Shown piece after piece: positions 9,513 through 18,720 of a stretch of 64,000 nt of DNA. Position numbers and translations under genes: made by a program. This DNA comes from an uncultured Verrucomicrobiae bacterium (lineage in GTDB: Bacteria > Verrucomicrobiota > Verrucomicrobiia > Palsa-1439), in contig CAWEWF010000011.1 in NCBI GenBank assembly GCA_963812605.1, positions 9,708 to 73,707 of the forward strand. Reading direction: 5' to 3'. The notes beneath the pieces are model-generated. The model did not search any database. It was not told the origin of the DNA and worked only from the letters and a program-made list of their open reading frames with translations. Positions within the stretch are counted from its first letter, which is position 1; each line of letters opens with the position of its first letter.

Positions 9513-9637
9513 GGAACGAAAAAACAAACGCTCAACATTCAACTTCCAACGTTGAACGTCCAACGGGGAAAACTGCCGGCGACTTCGACGTTGAGCGTTC
9601 AACGTTGAACGTTGGACATTCGGGAGTTTCCGCATGA
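9509..9637 (+). CDS. Repeat-containing bridging mini-ORF (42 aa)
   Basis: GTGA overlap upstream, ATGA overlap downstream; encoded by an inverted heptamer array. Confidence 0.45.
   Translation: MRNEKTNAQHSTSNVERPTGKTAGDFDVERSTLNVGHSGVSA
9527..9620. repeat. Inverted pair of heptamer tandem arrays (AACGTTC/G-like)
   Basis: aacgctc-aacattc-aacttcc-aacgttg-aacgtcc, a spacer, then reverse-complement-like units. Confidence 0.8.
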
Positions 9638-10185
9638 CACCGCACTGTCCATACTTCCCGAACAACCAGCCGCGCATCGATGCGCTCCTGGCGCAGCTCG
9701 CCGCGTGGGAAGGCACGCGCTGGCGGCACGCGGGCGCGCGACCCAACGACATGCGCTGTGGCATCAGTGGTGATTGCCTGTTTTGGGTTCACGCGTTCAA
9801 GGCCATCGGCGCGCTGCCGGCAAAGTTGGAGATCCCGGACTATCGCCTGCACGAAGCCAGCGCCGACGAAATGCAGACGCTCCGTCGTTGCATCGAAGCA
9901 ACCGGCCGCGCATTGCTGACGTGGGCGCGGCCTGGTAGCGCGAGCGTCCCGCTTGCGGTCGTTCCGAAGATGGCAAGCGGGACGCTCGCCCTACAAAATT
10001 TTGCGATCGGCGACGTGCTGCTCTTCAAGAACGGCACCAGCGGCGCCCACTGCGGCCTCGCAGTCAAGGAATCGCCGCTCCACTTCGTCCACCTCACCGG
10101 CAACGGCCTGCTCGAAGAGCCGTTCCACCAGTCCCATTACATCGCCGCGCTGGCATACGTGTATCGACTGTTGGAGGACGCGTGA
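9634..10185 (+). CDS. NlpC/P60 tail-associated peptidase
   Basis: 'WEGTRWRH', 'GDC' and 'HCG' catalytic motifs; position between hub and tip genes. Confidence 0.85.
   Translation: MTPHCPYFPNNQPRIDALLAQLAAWEGTRWRHAGARPNDMRCGISGDCLFWVHAFKAIGALPAKLEIPDYRLHEASADEMQTLRRCIEATGRALLTWARPGSASVPLAVVPKMASGTLALQNFAIGDVLLFKNGTSGAHCGLAVKESPLHFVHLTGNGLLEEPFHQSHYIAALAYVYRLLEDA
9935..9994. repeat. 60-bp REP doublet (GTAG...CTAC) in frame inside the NlpC/P60 gene
   Basis: Closely similar 60-bp copy at 13234-13293. Confidence 0.85.
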
Positions 10186-10274
10186 AACACGTATTCCGGT
10201 GTAGCCGCGCCTCTATGAGGCGCGTTCGTTCCGCACGGCTCGCAGAGCCGTGGCTACATAAGGAGGCGGCGTAA
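10182..10274 (+). CDS. Repeat-containing bridging mini-ORF (30 aa)
   Basis: GTGA overlap upstream, TAATG overlap downstream; contains the REP doublet 10201-10258. Confidence 0.45.
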   Translation: MKHVFRCSRASMRRVRSARLAEPWLHKEAA

Positions 10275-13218
10275 TGGGTTTTCTCGGCGGCTCCAACGCA
10301 GGTGTTAACTCGAACCGGCGCGCGGTCACGCAATCGCCTGTCGCTTCCAACATTCTCGGCACACCCTGGCCGACGCTGTGGGGCCTGCGCGACTTGAACG
10401 GGACCGTCATCGCCTGGACGAATCACCGATTCAGCAACGCGGGCTCTTCCGGCAAAGGCGGTGGCCAGGTTTCCTCCGGCGAGAAGGATTACCGCACGTT
10501 CGCGCTCGGCTTGTGCATCGGGCCGGTGGATCGCATCACGCAAATCTGGTACGACAATGAGTTGATCTGGGAAGGCAATGTTGGCGTAGCCTCCGCGGCA
10601 ACCGTCGCCACGGCCACGGTCGGTGTCGGCGGCGTCGTTCTTACCGACAACGTTGCGCGCGGGACGATCACGTTCTATTTCGGGTTGGACACACAGACCC
10701 AAGACCCGGTGCTCGCTCAATTCATTCCCGACGTGCCGTTCTACCGCGGCATGTGCTACGCAGTGTTCCACGGGCCCCGTAGTGGCTCTCGGGGCTTTCG
10801 CCTGGGCAACGCGGACACACTCGCGCAGGTCGCGCTGTACGTGGAGCGCATCCCGAAGACATTTGCGGGAATCTCGTTCACGGCCAGCGTCGAGGAGAAT
10901 CCCGGCAACGCGTCGAACGAATTGCAACCCATCACCATTATGGCTAGACGCGTCCGGCTTTCACGGGCACGAGCGATGTGGAGTACTCGCTGCTGGCCCG
11001 CGAGCAGATCGGTTCCAATTCACAACTGAACGTCGCGTGGGCTTCCGAGACGGGCAGTGACACAACCGGCTCGGCGCTCATCACCAACGGCACTCCTTTC
11101 GCTGTCGGCACGCTCGGTTTGATGGTCACGCTGTCGTGGGGCTCGAACGCATCGCCGCCACTGGAGACCGTCCTGGTCGCCATCTGGGAGATCTTCCTTA
11201 CCAGCGCCGTCAGCGCCATCGGCGGCGCGAACGTCGCGAGCATCATCTACGAGCTGCTTACCAGTAGCGTGCACGGCGTCGCGCTGGATGCTGCGGTCCT
11301 CGACATGCCCGCGTTCCAGAACGCCGCCGCCGCCGTGACACAGATGGGCCTTTCCTGGGCGGTCAAACAAAAGGGCGATGCGCGCACGCTCATCGAGGAC
11401 ATCCTGAAGAGCGTCCAGGGCGCGCTCGTCATCAGCAACGGCGCCATCGGGCCGCGCCTGCTCACCGGCGGTACGGTGGCGCTGACGCTTGAACCAGATG
11501 ACATCGTCGGCCTCAAGCAACGCCCCGGTTGCTGGTACGAGGTTCCGCAATACGCGACCGTCAAGTACGCGGACATCAATCGCAAGTTCCACGACACCAT
11601 TCTCCCGCTGCCAGGCGCGGGAGATTTTGGCGACGACGAAAAGACAATGGAGATCGCGTTGCCGATGGTCACCGACAACGGCGTGGCGCGCTTGATCGGC
11701 TCGCGGCTGCGCACGCTGGAGGCTCTCCCAAAGAATCCCGACACCATTCTCTGCGGTCGCGGCGCGTTTCAACTCCAGTTCGGCGACGTGCTTTTGATCA
11801 ACGATGCCGCGCGCGGCTTCGACCCGACCTTGCCGATGATCATCATCGCCATCCGCGAGCACGGCGCGGGCGATGAAGTGATCGAGATCGATGTCGTGCC
11901 CGACGTGTTCAGCCCGTTGCCGGCAACAACGGCAGTCGTCGGCGGCACAAACGGGCCAGGACAAGGCGCTTCAGGAACGCCCATTGACCCGATCTCGCTG
12001 CAGGAGCTTGTCGAGTTGCCATTCGATTTCGCCCCGGACGGCTCGAAACAGTTCACCTTGTTCGCCGCGCGTCCCGATCCCGACGTGCAGGGCATGACGC
12101 TCTACGCGTCCACCGAGAACCCGCCCGTCGATTACAACGGCGTGGACGATTCTGCTCCCTTTCACGCGGGCGGCACGTTCGTCGATGCGAGCCTTCCAAA
12201 ATTCACGATGGATCGCGAAGCCTACATCGACTTCACGCAGGGCAGCGACGACATCGAGGCGTTCTCGTCGCTCTCGGACAACGATTGGTTTGGATATCAA
12301 ATGCTCGTGCTCGTTGGCGCTGGCATCAACGCAGGACTCTACGCGGCGCGCGAGTTGGTGTTTCTCGGCGGCATAAGCTGGCGGCTACGAGGAATCTTTG
12401 GGCCGCTATCAGACACGCCAGTCCCCACGCCAAATCCCGGCGATCCCGTGTTCGTCTTCGCTGTCCGCCCGCTTTATAATCTGGCTGGCCAGCCATCGTG
12501 GGTGATCAATTCGCTCCTGACGTTCAAAGGGATTCCTTTCGGCAGTAGAATCTCCCCGACGCTGGCGCAAACGGTCGCCACCGGCCTCACGATCCTTTCG
12601 CGCGCCGCGTGCCCGCGCCCCGCGCAGAATCTCAACGCCAACGGTCGCGGCGGAATTGCCTCGCCGTTCTATAGTGGCGCGGGCGGCTCGCCCGCGAGTG
12701 ATATTAACCTGGCGTGGGACCTGTGCAATCGCGCGTCGGGTTTCGGCGCGGAGACCATCCCTTGCGAGTTTGATCCATCCGTCGCCACGGAGATCGCGAC
12801 GTGCGCCATCGAGATTTGGGTCGCTGGAACGCTCGTGCGCACCGACGCGGCCAATGTCCGCGCCGCCGTCGCGACCGCGGTGGCCACCGCAACCAGCGCC
12901 CTGCAATTCGATGTCGCTTCGGTCGCCGGATTACAGCCCGGCGACCGCATCAGTGTCGTCCACGGCGCGGCGCACGAATACTTCGGGCGTATCGCCTCGA
13001 TCAGTGGCCTGACGATCACGCTCGTCTCGCCGATCGCGATTCCGCCCGCGCTGGGCGACACCGTGAATTGCTACGAATCCGTCGGCTACATCTACACCGC
13101 CGCCAACAACGTCGCCGACAACGGCAGCCTCGCCGCCGCCGTGGACATCAAGGTCTACCCAATCTTAAACGGCCTGCGCGCCCTGCGCCCGGCAGAAATC
13201 CTGGTGACAAAGATATGA
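10274..13218 (+). CDS. Large tail tip/host-specificity protein (lambda J or RcGTA g15-like); frameshift near 10920-10970
   Basis: 'YRTFALGLCIGPVDRITQIWYD' and 'PFYRGMCYAVF' motifs; continues in ORF 10978-13218. Confidence 0.8.
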
Positions 13219-13310
13219 TCACATTTTCCGATGGTAGCGCGACCGTCCCGTTTGCGGTCGTTATGACCAGGGCAAGCGGGACGCTCGCCCTACGAGGCAG
13301 AACATCATGA
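13215..13310 (+). CDS. Repeat-containing bridging mini-ORF (31 aa)
   Basis: ATGA overlaps at both ends; contains the 60-bp REP doublet. Confidence 0.45.
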   Translation: MITFSDGSATVPFAVVMTRASGTLALRGRTS

Positions 13311-13774
13311 GCGTCCTCTCCAACGGCACCGAAGATCTCCAGGGCCAGAACCTCACGCCGGCAGCCGCGTATGCTGTGGCCAACACCGCTTTCCAAAAAA
13401 TCGCACTGATGTGTCTCCTCGACAAGGACGTGCCATTTTACGGCCTGCCGCGCGACGGCGCGATTCGCGGCACATCGCAGATCGCCATCGAACGTCTCAT
13501 CACCGCCGTCGAGATTCGCGCCGAAGGGTCCGCGCCCGTTGGCAGTTCCCTGATCGTGCAACTGATCGTCGGCGGCGTGCTGCAGTCGCAACAGTACGCG
13601 CTTCCCGCCGCCAGCGCCTACGCCCTGGTCGCCGTCATCAATGACGGCAACGGCGGCGCCTCCGGCTCGGGTCTCGTCGTCCCCGCCAACACGACGCTGG
13701 CCGTCCAGATCACCAGCGGCAACCAGGCCGTCGATGTCGTCGTCACTCCCAAAACCCAACTGAGGATTCTCTGA
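13307..13774 (+). CDS. Hypothetical phage tail-associated protein
   Basis: 155 aa beta-rich ORF within the operon. Confidence 0.65.
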   Translation: MSVLSNGTEDLQGQNLTPAAAYAVANTAFQKIALMCLLDKDVPFYGLPRDGAIRGTSQIAIERLITAVEIRAEGSAPVGSSLIVQLIVGGVLQSQQYALPAASAYALVAVINDGNGGASGSGLVVPANTTLAVQITSGNQAVDVVVTPKTQLRIL

Positions 13775-13776
13775 CC

Positions 13777-15720
13777 ATGAAACGCACTTTAATTCTCCTT
13801 TCACTGGTGGCGCAGGCGTCCCTGCCTGCGGTCGTCCGCGCCGGCAACGTCTACCCCGACCGCGTGATTGTCGGCGTCGCCACCGGCGAAGTTGACGAAA
13901 CGCAGTACAGCACCAACGACGTTTCGCTCACCGTCACCAATCTGCCCGGCGGCGGTCGTCGCGCCATCCTTGGGATCAGCGGCAGCGCTTCCAAAGAAAC
14001 CACCAACGCCGCCCTCGACAAGCTCCGCCTCAACGACGGCGGCTCGCTGACGAACGTTCCTTCGCCGGCAGGCATGGTCACCAACAATCAGCGCAATGTA
14101 AGTCTGGGATTTCCTCCCGACCTGTGGGTCTGGCCAACGTTCGTGGATGCCGACGACAATTTACAATTCTTCATCGGGGGACTCACCAACGCGATCCCGC
14201 TCGCGCCGAACCCGATACTAGTGGGCAATGCGAGTTGGTTTTTCCGCGACGGCAGCATGATTGAGGGAGCGGACGGTGTGTTCACCATCGCCAACACGAT
14301 CAACATCAATCCCACCAACGGCTTCGGGCTAACCAAGACAACCGACCTCAGGACGGCGCTTGCCAATACCTTCGTCTCTGTGGCCTCCGTATTGGCGAGC
14401 AATGGACTGGTATATGCGCCGGAAGAGGCGATCACGCCGTCAGCCACCACCAATATAGTCGTCACCATTGCCACGAATGGCACCAGCGGCCTGGCTCTCT
14501 TCGTCATGCAGGCCACCAATACGACGCTGACCGCATTCACCACGCCGACGGCGATCTCGATCACCAACAGCGGCATCTGGACGGTGCCTTCCAGCGGCAA
14601 CTTCAACGATGGGTTCTACAAGTACCGCAACGGCAAGCACTGGCTCCTTTTCACCGGCAACGACACGATGGTTTATGTCGCGTCCTCGACCAACGGCATC
14701 GGCGGTCCGTACGGCATGGCCGGCGCCTTTACCGGCCTGACCAACGCGACTCTCTCGGCAATTGAGGGTCCATCCATTTTCGATATCGCGCAGGCCAACG
14801 GGACCACCAACAGCTATTTGATCTGCGCCGCCGCGTTCGCGCCCTCGCGCCAGGAAGAGCGCATGGGCTGGTCGGTCACGACCAATGATTGGACCACGTT
14901 CACCACGACAAACCAGTGGGCATCCTTTTCGGCGCTCGTGCCGGTCAACGCCTCGCTCTTAATCAACCATTGCACTCCATTCCACGTGGAATCGATGACC
15001 GCGATGAAGGCCCTGCTGGCGCGCCTCTTTAGTGGACGTTACCCGGCCACGCCCATTCCGAAGTCGATCTCCTACACCGGCAGCTTCGGCCTGGATGTGC
15101 CGCAATTCGGGCTCCAGGACCCTATTTTCCAGCGATGGTCCGGCATGACTGTCTACACGAACGCTGGCGTCGGCTTGGTCGCCGGCAGCGACATCAAGTT
15201 CATCATGACCACCAACGGCAACTTCTACGCCGGCGGATTCGGCCAGACCGAACTGAATCCCGATCCGCCGGCCGAGTTCAACCCCAACGAGCGCTTCTGG
15301 ATGATGAGCAACCCGAACGCCAACGGCGATTCGTACTTTTGGTTCCGAGTCCTGACCGGCAGCGGAGTCGTGTTCGGCATTGGCAATCACAACGGCACGG
15401 GTTTCCTGGCGGAAGAAGGGGCCGCGCCGATTCAATTCTGGGTCAACGCCAACTCCGGCAGTTCGACGCCCTTCAGCGGCGCGACAATCACTTTCTCCGT
15501 GGACCAGGCCTCGGCCACCAGCCAGGTGCCGTTTGATGTGGAAGGCACGTTGACGGAGAAGGGGCATCCGGTGATTACGAACGGAGTGCCACTGGGAAGT
15601 TCACTGTCACAACGGTCCTCCATCACCAACGCACCCGCCGCCGCCGTTTCCTCGCCAACCGCGTGGGCGGACATCATCGGCACCAACGGCCAGCACTACG
15701 TTGTGCCGTTATACCAATAA
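13777..15720 (+). CDS. Signal-peptide-bearing Thr/Asn-rich protein with a putative GH43-like beta-propeller
   Basis: MKRTLILLSLV...VRA signal-like N-terminus; 'YKYRNGKHWLLF..YVASS..IGGPY..IEGPSIF' motifs. Confidence 0.55.
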   Translation: MKRTLILLSLVAQASLPAVVRAGNVYPDRVIVGVATGEVDETQYSTNDVSLTVTNLPGGGRRAILGISGSASKETTNAALDKLRLNDGGSLTNVPSPAGMVTNNQRNVSLGFPPDLWVWPTFVDADDNLQFFIGGLTNAIPLAPNPILVGNASWFFRDGSMIEGADGVFTIANTININPTNGFGLTKTTDLRTALANTFVSVASVLASNGLVYAPEEAITPSATTNIVVTIATNGTSGLALFVMQATNTTLTAFTTPTAISITNSGIWTVPSSGNFNDGFYKYRNGKHWLLFTGNDTMVYVASSTNGIGGPYGMAGAFTGLTNATLSAIEGPSIFDIAQANGTTNSYLICAAAFAPSRQEERMGWSVTTNDWTTFTTTNQWASFSALVPVNASLLINHCTPFHVESMTAMKALLARLFSGRYPATPIPKSISYTGSFGLDVPQFGLQDPIFQRWSGMTVYTNAGVGLVAGSDIKFIMTTNGNFYAGGFGQTELNPDPPAEFNPNERFWMMSNPNANGDSYFWFRVLTGSGVVFGIGNHNGTGFLAEEGAAPIQFWVNANSGSSTPFSGATITFSVDQASATSQVPFDVEGTLTEKGHPVITNGVPLGSSLSQRSSITNAPAAAVSSPTAWADIIGTNGQHYVVPLYQ

Positions 15721-15734
15721 CCCCGAAAGGAACC

Positions 15735-16106
15735 ATGAATCGAAAGATGAAACTCTCCGCCATCGCCGCCTCCATCGTCGCCGGCATCACGGCCATTGCC
15801 TGCGCCTCCCTGAGCACCGGGCCGGTTGGATCCGGCACAACTTCGGCCGGCGTTCCCCCCACGCCGCAGGCCCCGCTGATCTCAAACATCGGCGTGACAT
15901 CGATGACGGTATCGTGGGTCGGCGGCACACCTACCGCGAGCAATTCCGCCACCGTGTTCTATCTCGTGCAGATGTCCGCCACCAATCAATCGAACTTCGC
16001 GACCGTCGCCTCCAACGATGTCACCATCACCAGCGTCACGATCTCCAACCTGACACCGTCCACCACCTATTTCTTCCGCATTGTCGCCGGCGATGGAAAA
16101 CCGTAG
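15735..16106 (+). CDS. Exported or lipoprotein fibronectin type III domain protein
   Basis: 'SMTVSW' and 'ISNLTPSTTYFFRIVA' FN3 motifs; hydrophobic leader ending AIAC. Confidence 0.8.
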   Translation: MNRKMKLSAIAASIVAGITAIACASLSTGPVGSGTTSAGVPPTPQAPLISNIGVTSMTVSWVGGTPTASNSATVFYLVQMSATNQSNFATVASNDVTITSVTISNLTPSTTYFFRIVAGDGKP

Positions 16107-16239
16107 CGGGTATTCCTCCGTCGCCTGCTTGGTGCTCAAAGGCTTCTCCGCGGCGGTGCGGGAATTTCCATTCGGCATTATGCACTTGACAAACAATAAA
16201 CGCGGGTGGATATGTCAACCGAGAGGGCGGCCTCAAAAA

Positions 16240-16395
16240 CTACTTCCGTTTCGAGGTCTGGCGGCTTCTGGGCTTCTTCGTCCAGTAGTCAGGGACCGGC
16301 ACGAGCATGGCGCGTTTGAGTGCTTCCTTCGGGGGAAGGTCGCACTTCAGTGGGTCACGCTCGCGGGTCGCTGGCTTTTGTTTTTCATCGGCCAT
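16240..16395 (-). CDS. Small basic ORF inside the IS1595 (51 aa)
   Basis: MADEKQKPATRERDPLKCDLPPKEALKRAMLVPVP...; starts 5 nt after the passenger stop. Confidence 0.45.
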   Translation of the reverse strand: MADEKQKPATRERDPLKCDLPPKEALKRAMLVPVPDYWTKKPRSRQTSKRK

Positions 16396-16399
16396 CAAT

Positions 16400-17504
16400 T
16401 TACTCTAGCAAAATTCTGGGCGCGTGACAATTCATTCGGCCAAGACACCGGGATATTTCCAGTACGGATATTTGAAGATGCATTTTTGCTGCGAGAGGCT
16501 CAGTTGTGTATGGGTCTGGGCCGGGGACAACAAAGTGCTCCAAATTAGTGGAAGGCTTCGATGCCTGGATGTATGCGTTATAAGTGCCATTTGTTTGAAG
16601 GGAAAACAGAATGATCGTCGAGCCGAATACCGCGAGCGTATCATTGGTGTTCAAAACAAAAAGACCCGACACATCCATTTCATTAGACCTGCGGTAGAAC
16701 ACCTGCAATACCCGGTCGTCCGGATTCATTGACGATTTCAAATGCGTTAGCATTAAAATTCCTGTCCCAGCCGGTGGGTATTTTGGTATCCCACTCGTTG
16801 TTCATCTCGATTTTCCGCATTTCACCACCAATCGGGGTTTGGGCATAGACGAACAACCGTCTGTTCTTTACGTAAGGCATCACAGGCGTCGGGAAAGAGT
16901 GACCATTCACATCCATCACCGAGAATACTCTGAAAAACATGGGCTTAGTCTCGCGCCCCCAAAGGTTGGTAATTTCTATTGGCGCTTCACCCTTCTGAAA
17001 TTTGATGGAACTTCTCGTCGGTGGGATTGTCGCAGTCCAGACCGGTTCAGAGATTTCTTGAGCACCGAGATGGAGAAATACATTCGAGCAGTCGCTCGGA
17101 AGCTCTGGCGGTTGCCAGCCCGCGACTGGAGCGGCCTGTTCTGGTGGTTGTTGATCAGCCGGGTTCCTGTAGAACTTATTAAGCGGTATCGCCAACATGA
17201 CGCCACAGAGAATAATGTAAACAACCCAAACCTTTACTTGGCGCTTTGTGATCTCGGCAGTTTTGTGCGCTATGACCGCTGCACCTAATAGGCCACCACA
17301 TTTGGAAAACCAATGAATAAAGACAGCCACAAGCCCGGTAAAATCATCTGCTTCTTGCCAGAGAACGTAAGACACGATCTCAATGATTGTGACTGCAGCA
17401 GCAATGAACCTGACCCGTTTCCAATCGATACGTTTTTTGTGCTCATCTGCTGGGGTATCGTCGCCCTTCTTATTTTGGGAAGCCTGCTGTGACTCCGATT
17501 CCAT
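16400..17504 (-). CDS. IS passenger membrane protein of unknown function; frameshift near 16700-16720
   Basis: About 3 N-terminal hydrophobic helices; ORFs 16683-17504 and 16400-16753 join; low GC. Confidence 0.6.
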
Positions 17505-17511
17505 TATGAGA

Positions 17512-18507
17512 TTAAACGCTGAATTTCTTCCGCCGAATAGCGCGTCGTGGTACGTGCGGCTTATCCTCCACTACCGGACACTGGGGCTGGTAAGTCAAGC
17601 GTTTGCCTTCGACCATTTTCAGCCCCGCAACAGTACGCTCTCCATCCGTCGCCTTGCGGTAGTTGTGGCGATGGTCGAACTCGGCAAGGTACAAGGGCAA
17701 GTGTTGTTCGCTTACATGGTGGAACGTACCGACCACGCCACGCTTCAAGAGCGAAAAGAATCCCTCCACGCCATTGGTGTGCGCCAACCCGCGAACGTAT
17801 TCCTTGGAAGAACGGTTCACGGCCACATGCGCGGCGAATCCCTTGGTGGCCTTGCGGTATCCCCAAAAATCGTCGGTCATTATGGTTGCCGAAGGGTCAA
17901 TATGGTTCTGCAAGACCCTTTTCAGATTGTTGCCCGTTACATGCCGCACAACCTGCGAACGCACACGGCCCCCGCGCTCCAAGAGCGAAACCACCGGCAC
18001 GTTGTTGCCCATGAAGTGACGGCCTTTGCCATGGGCTTTCCCACCGACATACGTTTCATCGCATTCAACCGTGCCGTCCAGCTTGTCATTGAACGCAGGG
18101 TCTTGGAGCGCGTATCGGATGCGATGCGCCATGAAAAGGGCAGAGCGATAGCTGCCCAATTCCAACAGCCGTTGCAGTTGCAGCGAGGAAATTCCTTTCT
18201 TGGAACTGCAAATCAGATACCAAGCAATCAGCCACTTGCGGAGCGGGATATGCGAATCCTCAAAGATGGTTCCGATGGTCACGGTGAACTGCTTCTCACA
18301 ATTCGCGCACCAGCGGAGCCCGGCTCGAACCTTCTTTTCCGGGTTGGCCGCTATCTCCGAAAACTTCATTTGGTCAGTGCATTTGCAATGTGGGCACGCA
18401 ATGCCGTCAGACCAGCGAATGCTTTCCAGATGCTTGCGGGCCTTGTCGTCCGTCGCAAAGCGGTCGATAAGCTGAATCAGTGTCAAATCCAAGTTGTCCG
18501 TTTTCAT
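17512..18507 (-). CDS. IS1595-family (ISXO2-like) DDE transposase
   Basis: CPHC...C..C zinc ribbon; 'VECDETYVGG', 'IMTD', 'HTNGVEGFFSLLKR' and 'YLAEF' motifs. Confidence 0.95.
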   Translation of the reverse strand: MKTDNLDLTLIQLIDRFATDDKARKHLESIRWSDGIACPHCKCTDQMKFSEIAANPEKKVRAGLRWCANCEKQFTVTIGTIFEDSHIPLRKWLIAWYLICSSKKGISSLQLQRLLELGSYRSALFMAHRIRYALQDPAFNDKLDGTVECDETYVGGKAHGKGRHFMGNNVPVVSLLERGGRVRSQVVRHVTGNNLKRVLQNHIDPSATIMTDDFWGYRKATKGFAAHVAVNRSSKEYVRGLAHTNGVEGFFSLLKRGVVGTFHHVSEQHLPLYLAEFDHRHNYRKATDGERTVAGLKMVEGKRLTYQPQCPVVEDKPHVPRRAIRRKKFSV

Positions 18508-18720
18508 GGTGTAAATCTATGCGAAACTCTATTGTTTGTCAAGTGCATAGTCCCGTTTCCATTGCGGATCTTTGTCGCTTCTTGCTTTCATTCGCCTGCT
18601 TCACCCACTGAATCACGGTGGCCTCAGTCCCCTCCGCTGGCGATGAACCAAAGTCGTGACCGCAGCACTAGCACTGGCTTTGGCCGTATGGTTCTCCGCG
18701 CCGCAACTGACTCTCGCAGA

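Larger units (their letters stand above)
1..16106 (+). mobile_element. Prophage or phage-derived virion morphogenesis operon (Mu/D3112-like head-neck, siphovirus tail); left part lies outside the window
   Basis: Co-oriented capsid, gp36-like, gpG-like, gp37-like, tail tube, chaperone, tape measure, hub, NlpC/P60 and tip genes in canonical order. Confidence 0.9.
16173..18555 (-). mobile_element. IS1595-family element with passenger gene
   Basis: 26-bp terminal inverted repeats (24/26 match) at 16173-16198 and 18530-18555; 8-bp direct repeat TTTCCATT at 16165-16172 and 18556-18563. Confidence 0.95.

Noticed and set aside
6041-16106. Diversity-generating retroelement or invertible tail cassette
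   Set aside because: No reverse transcriptase, invertase or TR/VR repeat pair seen in the window.
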